Shown here: positions 25,505 through 38,399 of the stretch, piece after piece
How the letters are laid out: the number at the start of each line of letters is the position of its first letter
Position numbering within the stretch: the stretch's first letter is position 1
Origin: Mytilus trossulus
Taxonomy: Eukaryota
Reading direction: 5' to 3'
Length of the DNA stretch: 64,000 bases
NCBI RefSeq assembly: GCF_036588685.1
Contig: NW_026963315.1
Location: forward strand, 3,658,001 to 3,722,000
Program-made: the position numbers and the translations under genes
Notes under the pieces: generated by a model
The model's input: the letters and a program-made list of their open reading frames with translations, nothing else
Told to the model about the DNA's origin: nothing
The model's database searches: none

Positions 25505-26044
25505 ATTGACTTTGAAAAAAAAGAGAATTGGTATACTGAAGCGATATTTTGGATTTCTGTTAAAAAAGAACCTTAACCCGGACAATGCCTATGAAAAATA
25601 AATACAGAAAAACGATTAACACTATTTGACCTGAGAGGACCTCAAGAGCATATCAAATGCGTCAATATCAAGTTTACTCTTTTGAATTTGGAAGCTTAAT
25701 TTCGAAAAACATTCCAAAGTTTTCTATGAAAAAATTGAAATATGCTTCATAAAAATATGATTTGAATCTTATGTTCTAATTTCACGAACTGAAAGAATTT
25801 AGGTGCTAAATCTCTCTAGAGTTTTCTGGTATAGCATACATATATGAACACATTCAGACATGTACCTTAATACAATAAAGACATATACTATAAAGCTAAA
25901 TATATAGTTAGGTTCTGTTAGGCGCAATGCCCGTCTCAATTTTAACTACAATTTCCAGAGATCACAATATTTTATCAGACGTAATTTTCAAACAGTTCAT
26001 CATTTGAATACTGAAACCTACTTTAAATACTCGTTTATACACTC

Positions 26045-26515
26045 ACTGGTATTACGACTATCCCAATATGGCGACGGCAAATATAGGTTAAATCTTTACA
26101 GTCATTTTTCAATGTAGCATGTTTTTGTCAATAGTCACTTAGCTGAACGACGCCTACGGGTACAGGAGTTTTTTGCTACATTGAAGACCCATTGTTGGCC
26201 TTCGACTGTTGTCTGCTCTATGGTCGGGTTGTTGTCGCTTTGACACATTCCCCATTTCCTTTCTCAATTTTATTTTCTATGCCATTACATCACATTTGAA
26301 TCGTAACCGTGCACTGGTATTGTTCAAGCGCTTTGAAAATTACCGTTGAAAAATTCGGGATGACGTAATGGTATAGCAAAACCTTGCAGCTGAGTAACTA
26401 TGGACAAAACCATGCTACATTTAAGAAAAATGACCGTAAAGATTTTACCTATATCTGCCGTCGCCATATTGGGATATTCGTAATTCAAGCTACGGTTAAC
26501 ACTCTTATACCAGTG
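26045..26515. mobile_element. Long-TIR foldback MITE (CACTGGTAT...ATACCAGTG) just upstream of the gene 3 conserved element; half copy at 12365-12591
   Basis: 26050-26145 is the reverse complement of 26388-26483; a family B fragment interrupts the left arm. Confidence 0.7.
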
Positions 26516-26528
26516 ATACTTGTCACAG

Positions 26529-26609
26529 GTAAAATCTGTCATCAACTATAGTGTGGATTTAATCTGTGCAGTTACAAAACAGCTTTAAGTCCGAGGATTT
26601 AACAATCAG
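26529..26609 (+). other. Conserved 81-nt non-coding element (probable 5'UTR exon) of gene 3
   Basis: cacag|GTAAAATC...ACAATCAG|gtaag. Confidence 0.6.
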
Positions 26610-27067
26610 GTAAGAAAGGAGAAAATAATGGTACTTAATTTGAAAATATGTTATATTTGTGTGTTTTAAATGGTTTGCATCAAGTCAAATTTTTCCATAC
26701 TTACCAGCCAACAAAAAGAAAACTACTCACACACTAAACAAGTACACATATTTTGAAGGCATTCAAAATAAAACTGACGCATTAGTGCTTGATCAAGCAA
26801 ATGTCATCTTAGTAAATAAAAAACAGTCATAAATTTCTGTTTTATCGTCATAAATCGATTTTACGACAACAAATACGGGTCACACATCAATTTGATTGAT
26901 ATGAGAAGATGTGGTATGAGTGCTAATGGGACAATTCTTTATCCAATTCATAATTTTTGAAGGTAGACCATCAAAGGTCACATGATGGAAAACACTTATT
27001 AAGTACACACGTACGAGTATGCTAATCATGACATTTTTAAGATTAGACTTGTGTATTATTTCTATAT

Positions 27068-29973
27068 TTAGGTCTTTCCACTTTTCGTGGAAAGACCTTT
27101 TGTTTTTCTTCTGATTATTATTTTTTTTTTTTTTTTCTTCTGCCGTCTGATATGCTTTTTTGTCTTACAACATATCGAATGGATTTTTTTGCCAGTGATG
27201 TTGTACAGTAATGGGGGTTTCAAAACTCACCCTGTGTGACCGAACACCTATTCTTATAGGAGTTATCTCCCCACGTCCCCTTTTTCTTGTTATCACTATA
27301 TCTTTAAAACCGTAAAAGACTTTTGCAAGCTGTTTTCACCAAATTGTTCGTCTACTCTTGACAATGATTTGGTTTATTTTGACTTCAGTGATCGGAAGAC
27401 ATCTTATGGGAGTTATTTCCCTTTGAAAATTTAAGATAGACGATTAGTTGGATCAATTCATACGTTATAAGTCGTAGAGGCCTACAGTCTTTTGATATGA
27501 AGTCCTTTGTCCATTTGAAGGAAATTGAGGTCAAGGTCAAAGGTCAAGGTCATGTTCTAAATTTTGAATTTGCTTGTTATCGTTATACCACAGAAACTGT
27601 GACAGTAAATGATATGATGTGTTTGCCAAATAACTGTTTATAATAACACTCTAAGACATAAGCCCGGATTTCCAATTATTTTTCTATAAATTTATCTCAG
27701 CATGTTATCAGTAATCAATTAGATATAAATTATGTGGACACACTTTCTTAGAGGTTCACTAATTATAACCAGATGTTGATCACAAAACGATAAGCTATAA
27801 ATTTATATTTCTCGGTCTATTTCTTTTCTCCTAGCTTCATTGTATTTCTGAACAATAAATTTGAAAAAAAAAAAATATATATACTAAAAAAAAATATTTA
27901 TACATTAAAAATATTAATATGCATGTTTAGTTTATCGGATGTAATGGACAACTTTCCCTGCATTTATATGAAATAATTTTGTTCCTTAACTTTTATTCTA
28001 TATTTTATTAACCTAAATAACTTTGATTTCTTTCAAACTGATGTGAAATCAGGGGAAATTAAAAAAATACTATAAATGATTAGCCTAACGTTGAAAAATG
28101 ATCTGGTCTGTGCCAAAAATAAATAAATAATAAATATATATTTTATTTGAGTGTCACACATCGATTGATACAGTACATATATACAGGTAAATTAAGTAAC
28201 ATCTTTCAAATTCAATCAATGCCCAGCCAAACATTTGACTTATGAGACACTTTAAAAGCATACATGTACATATTTACAATAAACTGCATGTTAAATTTGT
28301 ATAAAATATTTCTAGAGTTAAAAATCTAATAAATTACTTTTTCAAAATCGCTTTCAAAAAAAACTATTTGTAAAAATATAAAATGATAGTACTAATTATA
28401 TGAATAGATATTGGCTAAAAGACAACTTTTTAAGCCCTCCCCCTTTTATCTAAATCTGGTATTTTTCTTAATTTTTTTATCAATTTCGATTAAATTCACG
28501 TTTTTTTCTATATTATATTAAAATAAACATGCTCAAACTAATTTTTATTTGCTACTTGCTTTTAAATCTAAGTTAACTGTATACAGCTAAAAATTAACAG
28601 TAAAAAAAACATTTTTTAGATTCTTAAACTAGCCTGGATTTTTAACAAACTTCAGGACAGAAGCTTTTGACAATCAAAAGATAGTATCAAGAGAAATATT
28701 TTTTTTTCATCTTTTTTGTTGAGTGTGTGTCAGATTAACAGCAAAAGTAGGCGAGACACTGGGTTCTGCGGAACCCTTACAAATTTTATTAAAAAAAATC
28801 AATTTGATTACCAGAAAACGAAAAAAAAACAATTAAATCTCCAGATGACAATCCCCCTTTTTTCTTCAAAACAATAGAGTGTGTTAATCAATGTGTTCTC
28901 TTCTTTTCTATCATACCAATAATTGTTTTACAACATCAGTTTTATGTCATCTTTTTTTAAACGTGTGTAACATTTGCCACTGTGCCAAACAAGTAACATA
29001 TTACATACTATAAATTACAATAAAACCTTAATCACTTTAAAATATTAACATAAATTATAATATAATTACTGTACCGGTAATAGTGTTTTTATTTCAACTT
29101 CTGATGTATAACTTTGGCATTATCAAACTTATTTTTTTATTCAATTTCTATATCAATATTCACTAGGAATCACACATTTGTAACTGTACTGAAAATGATA
29201 TATATTAAGTAATATAATATGTATGTGACCAGTTATTTAGGGGATTAAGATCAACAAACCCAGCATGATGCATGGTCTGGGGTAATTGGCATCAGCATGG
29301 TGTCTGATAAGACCACAGCTACAAAGTAGCTGGAAATTCGGGCTTATGTCTTAGAGTGATAAGGCGCAACTTCAACCTATTTCAGTCAAAGTGTTCTGGT
29401 TAACTCTTATAGGAGTTTTCTCCCCTTATGTATTTCAAATCAGTATTTCTCCACAACCATACAAGTGATTGACTTCCGGTCTTCAGTTTTGTGTTCACTG
29501 AACTATGACCTTGAAATTGAGATCAAGGTCGAAGGTCAAGGTCATGTTGTAAATTTTGAATTTTGCTTGTTATTGTTATTCAAAAGAAACTATTACAGTA
29601 AATGATATGATTTGTTTTCCAAATTGCTGTTTACAAAAAGGCGCAACTTTAATATATTTCAGTCAAAGTGTTTTGTATTTCTCCACAACCATACAAATGA
29701 TTGACCTGGGGTCTTTTGAATTGAGATCACTGACCTATGACCTTGAAATTGAGGTCAAGATCAAAGGTTAATTTGACATTCTAGATTTTGACCTTTGCTA
29801 AAAATTATTTCAAGTCTTCTGTATATACCTATTAGTCTTATTTTTTATATCAATTTGAAGAACCAAATAACATCAACAAGGAGTGACATTTTCTAACATC
29901 GTTCTTTAAATTTCATTCTTATTATCGAGGTGGAAAGACCTTCAATTGTTCTCTGAAAAATTGGTTTTTAATT
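27068..29973 (+). mobile_element. HINE/DINE-1-like Helentron derivative, copy 1 (contains a nested CAC element)
   Basis: 5' hairpin aggtctttcca..tggaaagacct; 3' subTIR ggaaagacct plus stem-loop caattgttctctgaaaaattg; T-rich insertion site; ggtcaaggtca motifs; absent from the paralogous gene 1 intron (~13625). Confidence 0.75.
27647..29358. mobile_element. Non-autonomous CAC...GTG element with 28-bp TIR and 4-bp TSD ATAA (Chapaev/CMC-like)
   Basis: CACTCTAAGACATAAGCCCGGATTTCCA / TGGAAATTCGGGCTTATGTCTTAGAGTG. The empty site in HINE copy 2 (~30618, aataaggcgc) shows 4 duplicated nt. Confidence 0.82.
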
Positions 29974-30125
29974 ATTTATATATGTTGTTGATTATACGTG
30001 TAAATTGATAAAATATATAATTTAATTTATCTGGTGACTTATAGTAATAAATGATTTGATCTTTAATGTGGGTATGCATTTTACAACAATATTTGTATGT
30101 CGCAGCTGGCCCTTTCCTTGTTCAT

Positions 30126-30785
30126 TAGGTCTTTTCGTGGAAAGACCTTTTGTTTTTCTTCTGATTTTGGCCAATGATGTTGTACAGTAATGGGGGTTTC
30201 AAAACTCACCCTGTGTGACCGAACACTTATTCTTGTAGGAGTTATCCCCCGTGTCCCCCTTTTCTAGTTATCGCTATATCTCTAAAACGGTAAAAGATTT
30301 TAACAAACTGTTTTCACCAAATTGTTTGTCGACTCTTAAGAATGATTTGGTTAATTTAGACTGGAGTGATCGGAAAACATCTTATGGGAGTTATTTCGCT
30401 TTGAAAGTTTAAGATAGGCGATATGTTGGATAAATTCATACGGTATAAGTCGTAGAGGCCTACAGTCTTTTCATATGTAGTCCTTTGTCCATTTGAAGGA
30501 AATTGAGGCCAAGGTCAAAAGTCAAGGTCATGTTATAAATTTTGAATTTTGTTATCGTTATTCAAAAGAAACTGTTACAGTTAATGATATGATGTGTTTG
30601 CCAAATAACTGTTTACAATAAGGCGCAACTTCAACGTATTTCAGTCAAAGGGTTTTGGTTAACCCTTTTAGCAGTTTTCTCCCCTTATGTATTTGAAATC
30701 AGTATTTCTCCACAACCATACAAGTGATTCACCTTATTGAGGTGGAAAGACCTTCAATTGATCTCTGAACAATTGGTTTTTAATT
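30126..30785 (+). mobile_element. HINE/DINE-1-like Helentron derivative, copy 2 (shorter)
   Basis: Same termini as copy 1; inserted at gttcatt|, with the empty site at ~13800. Confidence 0.75.
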
Positions 30786-32005
30786 AGTTTATGTATTTCG
30801 TTTGTTTTTACTAAGATGATTGATTTAATGGTCTAAAGATGTTACCATTACATTATTGTAACAGATTTCACAAACAAGGTACCCTGGTATATTAATATTT
30901 GTAAGAACATGGTGTCTTAAAGATACGTTTTACTTTATAATTGTTAGTTAGTTTATGTAGTTCTATGACAAGTAGAAAACAAGGTAAATAGGGCCAGCAT
31001 GAAACATATTTGATTTTCTTGTGAAATACTATATAGATAGAAACAAGAACACGTCGAATAAGTAATACTAGTACATGTAATGTGCAGATTAAATCATAAT
31101 TGTATATGTATTACTTTCCACTTCTTGCAGTATCTGCTTCAAAACGTTGACGAAAAAGCCGAATTTATATTTCTGTTTATAAAACAATATGCATTTTACA
31201 GTGAGAAATGAAAGAATATTACAAAATAAAATAGGAACTAAGAATGTTCACTCAAAGAAACACAACTGTACAAAATGTGTAGGTGAATAAATTTTGAACA
31301 TATAATGACCACTTGGTGTAAAAGTAAAAACTCAGTCCAAAACAAACAGATATAATTTTCGTTTATATTCAAAATAATAATAAAAAACAATGATTTAGGT
31401 GCCGAATTTCTATCTATGTAAAAAAGTAAAATTATGTTATCTAGTTTATATGTCATGATGACTTTATGAAAACACCTCCATGCGTTTTATTGAAATATAC
31501 ATAGATTTTGCAAAACGGTTTTCACACGCAATATAAGTTGGCATGGGAAATTAAACTTAAAGATGTCACTTGATCTTTTTCTGTGAGAGCAAACCTTCTC
31601 AATTTTCAAGAGGCATTTGTTATTCCCTATTCACAAGTTTAAGAATGTGTTCAAATGTAGACATTCATTAATTTATCGATTTAAAATATCTTCACCACAA
31701 AAAAAGTTGCGGTAACTGCATCAACCCAAAGTAGTGCGTCTCAAACGTTGCCATGTAAATCAGAATCCGAAATTTGTGCGATGTTTGTACTGGTAGTAGA
31801 TTTTTGGACACATAGTAGGCTCATATAAAACTTTTTTTTATTACAGATCAGCCTCTTCAGTTTCATTCAAGGAACCAAAACATAAATCAGTGCTCTTAAA
31901 TTCATATTTGAATATATTAATTTTTCTTCTTAAGGTTGAACAAGAGGATTGCTGACTATAACAAGTATTTTTAAAAACCATAAAAGCAATCTAGCTATGA
32001 TAGAT

Positions 32006-33724
32006 ATGTCCGTCAACGAAAGTTCACAATTCTGTGACGTTTGCCTAAATAGAGACCTCAATAAAACAGCGGAAGAATACTGTCCACAGTGTGAAGAGGT
32101 TCTATGTCGTGAATGTAGGGACCATCACAAAATATCGAGATCGTCAAAATCGCATAAGACAGTCACGGTAGACAAATATAACAGATTACCATCCTTCATC
32201 AAGAGAATAAAACATAACTGTGAGGAACATGACTTCGTCCTTGAATTCTTTTGTAAATCTCACGACTCTCTTTGTTGCAAAATATGTTCGATATCAGCTC
32301 ACAAGGAATGCAAGGAAATTATTTTCATAGAAGATTTTCTTACGCCTTCAAAAGGACAACCAACAGTAGTTTTGGATAACATTGAAAAAGTTCTGAAAAA
32401 TCTGGACAGTAACATTTCTTCTGCTATAAAAGACAGAAATCGAAATTTGACTGATTTACGCGAACAGCAGCGGGTGATTGCAAAACTAATTAAGGAAAAG
32501 CGTCAAGAAATTAATACACTGTTAGACAATTTTGAAGAGGCCTTACTAGAAAAGGCATCTGCACTTGAAAAAGAATACAGTCAAAAAATAGAGGACGCAA
32601 TTGCAAAATTAAATGAGGAAAAGCAGAAAGTAGACGAAATTAAAAACGACATCGAATCTGTAAAATCCTATGCAACAAATTTGCAAATCTTTATAGGATC
32701 AAAGTCATTCGAGGAAAATGTCTCAACCAATGAACTCAATGTTCACAAATTGTATGACGATGGTAGCTTAAACGATGTGATAATCGAATGTACATTCAAT
32801 GAAAAGCTAGAGCAGTTTATAAAAGAGATAAATATATTTGGTGATATGAAGGTACACAGCAGTGAAAAACATGTTTCTTTTTCATGGAAAGGTGATACAT
32901 CAGCACAAATTTATCAACCTATCTCGGGAGCAAAATCGGTTGAAAATATTAGTGTCAAAATTGTGCGTAAGATTTACATTGGTCGTAATGAGCTTTCTGG
33001 ATGCGTCATGTCAGAATCTGGAAACATGTTATTCCTTATTGCACACAAAAATAGTCTGATGAAATATTCGTCTAATGGTGAATTTCATTCCAAGTTGCAT
33101 ATCAACACTGCGCCTTCCGACATTGGATATGACCTTGCAGTGGTCGATTCCAATACGATAGCTGTTTCAACTGGTGGACATAATCCAAACAAGATTTATT
33201 TGATCGATATAAATAATGCAGAAATACGTCAAAATGTTGAGTTAGAGGACTTCTGTTATGGTATAAGCTATCACAATGGATCACTTATTTGCTGCACATA
33301 TGACCAAGGCATACAAATATTTGACAATCCAAAAAAGTTTACTAGAATACAGATACTACCTACTGCACCCAGATTATTAAAACACACCTACGTTACTTCA
33401 AATGGAAATTTTCTTTTTCATTCCAACTGTCATGATAATTCTGTCATATGTTACAATTACAATGGACAGGTACAATGGAAATATTCCAATTCATTACTCC
33501 GAACACCATACGGCATTACCTTAGATTCAAATTCGAACATTTATGTTGCTGGTTTTGATTCAAACAATATCGTAGTGATATCCAAAGATGGAAAGCAGGC
33601 CAAAGAACTTATTGGAGGTAGTGACGGTATTTCAAATCCACGCGCCATTCATTTTGATAAAAACAAAAACTTACTTCTTGTAACAAACTACAAGCAAGTA
33701 GCATTCCTATATGATGTTACATAA
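32006..33724 (+). CDS. RING-less TRIM-like protein 3 (closest to gene 1)
   Basis: Intact ORF. ATG 32006 aligns with the paralog starts (an in-frame ATG also exists at 31997); acceptor at 31934. Confidence 0.92.
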   Translation: MSVNESSQFCDVCLNRDLNKTAEEYCPQCEEVLCRECRDHHKISRSSKSHKTVTVDKYNRLPSFIKRIKHNCEEHDFVLEFFCKSHDSLCCKICSISAHKECKEIIFIEDFLTPSKGQPTVVLDNIEKVLKNLDSNISSAIKDRNRNLTDLREQQRVIAKLIKEKRQEINTLLDNFEEALLEKASALEKEYSQKIEDAIAKLNEEKQKVDEIKNDIESVKSYATNLQIFIGSKSFEENVSTNELNVHKLYDDGSLNDVIIECTFNEKLEQFIKEINIFGDMKVHSSEKHVSFSWKGDTSAQIYQPISGAKSVENISVKIVRKIYIGRNELSGCVMSESGNMLFLIAHKNSLMKYSSNGEFHSKLHINTAPSDIGYDLAVVDSNTIAVSTGGHNPNKIYLIDINNAEIRQNVELEDFCYGISYHNGSLICCTYDQGIQIFDNPKKFTRIQILPTAPRLLKHTYVTSNGNFLFHSNCHDNSVICYNYNGQVQWKYSNSLLRTPYGITLDSNSNIYVAGFDSNNIVVISKDGKQAKELIGGSDGISNPRAIHFDKNKNLLLVTNYKQVAFLYDVT

Positions 33725-33910
33725 AACTGCCCTTCTAGGAGTACATATTCCTTAACTTGATAAATTGAACATATAGTGATAAAGATCTCTCTTTTTCAAA
33801 CAACAAATTTAATTTACATTACCCCTTTCAAAAACCATTTCTTCTTTTTCTCAAATAACATATAAGGATAAACTTTGTACTTGTATGGTTTTATAAATAT
33901 TTTGAAATGA

Positions 33911-33953
33911 GCGTCACTGATGAGTCTATGTAGACGAAACGCGCGTCTGGCGT
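33911..33953 (+). ncRNA. Minimal type I hammerhead ribozyme (PLE/retrozyme type)
   Basis: gcgtca CTGATGA gtct atgt agac GAA acgcgcgt C tggcgt: stem I, 4-bp stem II, palindromic short stem III; cleavage after C33947. Confidence 0.85.
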
Positions 33954-36466
33954 TCTAAATTATAATCCTGGTACGTTGATAACTATTAATTAAAAGAAAT
34001 AGGTTATGAATTTTAAAGTAAAGAAGTGATGTGGCTCAGTCGAAAAATGTTAAAAATTAGTATGTCTGAAGCCTTCAAACAGAATGTTAGAACTCCTGCA
34101 ATATAATGTTTTCCATATTTATAGTTACAGATCATGAAGTTTTTAAATTAGTTTCATAGAACTTGTCCAAAAAGTCGTACACCACAGTAGCGATATTGTA
34201 AAAATATTATTAATAATGTGAAGGTGCGATTTTGCAAATTTGAAATTATCGTCTACAACGAAATAACTGTTTTCTTGTACCTTCAAGGTTGCATTTCAAA
34301 CCTTTGTGTTCGCACATTAAATAAAACTTTTTAATACTTGTACTTTAACAAGCAAACTGACGGACAATATTTTCAAATTTTCATTTCATATATGTTCATT
34401 GTTGATTCAGGCAAACGAAACAAAATCGGTTAAATAAATAGAGATACCATTATCATTACATGATTAGCAAAATCAGAATATTAACAAGTAATGTTTATAG
34501 CTTGTTTCGAAGTTATATTCAGCAGAATGTCTGTCTATTAACTTGATGCATCAAAATATTCTCTTTATATGTTAACTTCTTTCGGTGCTAGAACTGAACG
34601 TTAAGTGACAATTTTTTCACGCATACTATATTATGCAAAATTAATACATTTTTCCATCTACACATTTTAATAACAGAAGCATTTTTTTGAAAATAAAGCT
34701 TAAAATGTTTAAATACATTTGCGAAAATGCTTAATTACAAAATGTCCAAATCTGAATTTTCCTATTGTAAAAAGTGTAAATTATGATATAAGATAATCCA
34801 TGACGAGGTTCAATATTTAGGACAAGCACACTAAATGATAAATAATTATTTGATATCTCAATAACTATCAGTAGATTGACAAAACGTTCTTTTAAGACAC
34901 AGTTTTTGGACAGAAACAGTATACTTATTACCTTTAGTGATAGACAATTTCAATATACAATATTCAAGCAAAATGCTGGATATGAAATTTCGTATTTATT
35001 TATACGGTGTGGTGTCGACTTTTTTATATAAAATTATGATATCAAGGTCTATCAAGGTCATCGGTCACTACTACTGTTAGAATAAGTACGACCGCTTAAA
35101 TATCGATGAGTTGCTTTTCTTTTTTTTTAAATCAAGTTTGACAAAATCTTAATATCTTAGTTGTAGATTGAAACAATCTTAATATATTATAGTGTTGATG
35201 AAAATAACTAGAAAGTTAAATGTTTTGTTAGGTCTGAATAGATATTTTTATAATTTCAGATTTGCTATAAAAGAAGAACTATACGTTCGTATCGAAATAC
35301 TTTCCTGTATGTTTAATCTCAGAAATAAAAATATGTTTCTCGAAAGAACATAAATAGCTTTTTATCATTTCTTTTTAACAAAATGAAGGATACGGAATAT
35401 CTATCCATGACAAAAACAAATCGGTGTGTTCACAGTAAAAAACGCAAAAATGAAGTGCGTTCTAATTTCTGCTAGCGATCTCTACGTCACATTTTTGCAT
35501 TTTCAAAATGGGCAGTTTATTTTCTAATTGTCTTACTCAAAAGAGAATGAAAGCTATTGCTTTATATAATAATTGTCATTTCAAAAACATGAAAATTTCT
35601 TCTCTTAGATAAATTATATGGTATTTTAGTATCAAGAATAGAGAAGTCATCAGTGGGAACTGATCTTCAAAGTATCGATTTTTTTAAAGTTATGTATACA
35701 ACAGACATACTAAAACTCTTCCTGCAAGTTGGATTGGAAATTGAAGAGGTTAAGGATGGAAAAAATATGTATACGTTTTAAATAAATATAAATAATTGAA
35801 AAAATCGTAAAATCGACTTTTAAAATAACATGAATAATATATAACCAAACAATATATGTCATGTACTAACGAATCTGTAATGTTATTAAAGTATCATGAA
35901 TCAGTAAGTCTTGTTGTATTCGTATGATTGTACTTGCTCTACTTTTAAAAATTGACAATAAAACTATTGTTTCTTTCATTTATGTGAGTAAAAACTAGAA
36001 AGAAAAAAGAAAACAAAGCACAAATAAATATACAGTTCAAAAAATCATCGAAACTTTGTATTTCTTCTGTGTACAGAGGTCTCTGGAATAAATATAACAG
36101 TCTTTGTCGTATATTCATGAATTGAGATTTGTGAGGAGGATTTGAAATCTGACTGTGTTTACAAAACATGAGTTTATGTAGAATAAACAGACAAGGAATG
36201 ACATTGATTAAAAAATTAAACATTCTATGTTTCAAAGTTTTTAAATTTGATTTCGATTTTTTTTTAATCTTTTCACGAAATATACTAAAATAAGCAGTCA
36301 CGGAAATGATTGAGATGTTCACCTCATATAATGATTGTACTGAATTATATTGAATTACGTAGAGAGTAGACATGGTATCGAGGGACAGTTGAATATCTAC
36401 AAATAATTTTACTATCTTTATTTGTCCTACTGATCTTTTCCACACTGCGTAAGTGTAAATTTATAG

Positions 36467-36576
36467 GTAAAATCAATAAGCATCATGCATGTCATGTGTG
36501 CATAGATAGTGAAGTTTAAAGGTATGAAGATGATAAAGATGCACAACAACTAAAAAATGTACGATGTTACATTAAG
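36467..36576 (+). other. Diverged 110-nt copy of the conserved upstream element (pseudogene 4)
   Basis: ttatag|GTAAAATCAAT...GATGTTACATTAAG|gtaag. Confidence 0.5.
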
Positions 36577-37301
36577 GTAAGAAAGGAATTTTTTTTTCTC
36601 AGTTCTATAATAAATCATATCTGTTTTTCAAAAGTTTACATCAAATCGTATTTTCAAAACCTTCCTGCCAGCAAATACAATATTACACGCAAAATCACAC
36701 CCACAAACAAAACAGGATCAAAAGTTTGAAGGTGTTTAAAATAAGAAATCACTGTTCATTCATCATGTAAAGTTCATATCAGTAAAGAACTATAAGAGTG
36801 GTTTTATATTGGAACCTTAAGTAACTCTGAGATTCACGGTAAGCATAATAAGGGTATGAATTCCTTGGCAAGACAATAACGCGGACATTTTTACTGAACG
36901 TAAGTTATACATTTTTTGTATTTGTGTTTTGTAGAAATATATACGTGTAGGCGTTAATGATTCGGTTGTTGACTGATTAAGACAGCGTATTAATTTAAAA
37001 GATACAATATCTAATTTTCTGCACTACCTTCGTTCTTTTTTTTTTCATTTTGTTCAAGAATATTATGTACTTAGGTAAAGGTCACACTCATACGATATAT
37101 TATCGTTTAGAGGATACCGCTATAAACAACCACTTTGAATAGTAGCGGGACATTTAAAGACGTATCGTCTCCGTATCTGATACGTTGACGTATCTGGACG
37201 TATCTATGCCTATGTTTAACAGATTTTTGTGTGCGTGTTTAATACAAACATTGTTGTGACGTCATTCTATTGTTTTTCCTGTTCTTTATTTCAGTGATGG
37301 G

Positions 37302-37433
37302 ACTATCATTTACCTGTAAGAAACCATTATGTCACCTTTAGCTGCCCAATATTTTTAAGAATATCCCTCTTCTTTCTTAAAAATATTGGACAGCGAAAGG
37401 TAGCATAACTGATTCTTACAGGTAAATGATAGT
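37302..37433. repeat. ~130-bp palindromic hairpin element
   Basis: actatcatttacctgtaagaa...ccaatatttttaagaa mirrored by ttcttaaaaatattgg...ttcttacaggtaaatgatagt. Confidence 0.8.
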
Positions 37434-38399
37434 TCAATGACTGAAATAAAAAAAACTATTAATTACCCTAATTGTTTTCATCATGTAAAGAAAAATACAA
37501 CCAAAGAACAAATGTCAATAAAGGAAAAACATTTTTTTAAAGTCAACTTCCAATACAATAATTTTGTCACTCATCAAAACGGTTTCTTGAGGCAAACAAT
37601 CACTTTCAAATGGATTTTTAACACTACCATTACTTATGTCACAGACATTTTTTCTCATGTTTAGGGGTTGTCTCTTTTCGCACTAATTCAATTAGTTAAT
37701 TATGCTCGTTGTAAGTCTTATTGTTGTTGCCAGTCTTATTTTTGTTGCCAGTCTTGTTTTTGTTGCCTTTAGGAATTTATTTTTTCAACAGTGAGATTTA
37801 TCCTCGTCCGTCTTTGGGTAATCAGAGTCGACCTCTGCTGATGCTCTTATTCTTCATAATATTATTTTCAACTACAATTAAAATGAAAAAAACAGTTAAG
37901 TAATGCTTCGAAAATTTGATCGATCATGCCACAATACAAGGGACTCGAACAACCTAAACTTTACCCTACACAGTGCGAATCTAGAACTTCGCTTATGAAC
38001 GACGATGAATATGGGAAGCAGAATAAAGGAAGACAAAAAGGGGGAGGGGTATTCAGGTGGTACCGTTTTGGGTAAACAATTAAAGTCTCTTTATAATTCC
38101 AACAAAAGATATAACTGCAAAAACTCTAATTTTCAAGATCTAGGCCAGCATATCAACTTGTCAAATGGACTGGAGTCACAGATTTTAAGGATTTTATTTG
38201 AACGGTAAAATTAATTTGTCAACAACTTCACAGATTTCTCAACAATAACGAAGAGTATTCAGAATATTTTGTTCATTATCAGAGAGAGTTGCTACCGTTG
38301 CTAACGTCGTCGGGTTGTTAGTGGCGATAGATTTTTCTCCATTGTTCTTTCAGCGTTCAGTTGAAAACAATAATTTTATGTATATGTATTTTAAATAAT

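Noticed and set aside
35945-36445. 166-aa minus-strand ORF
   Set aside because: F/I/K/L-rich composition typical of AT-rich non-coding DNA; no motif and no paralog.
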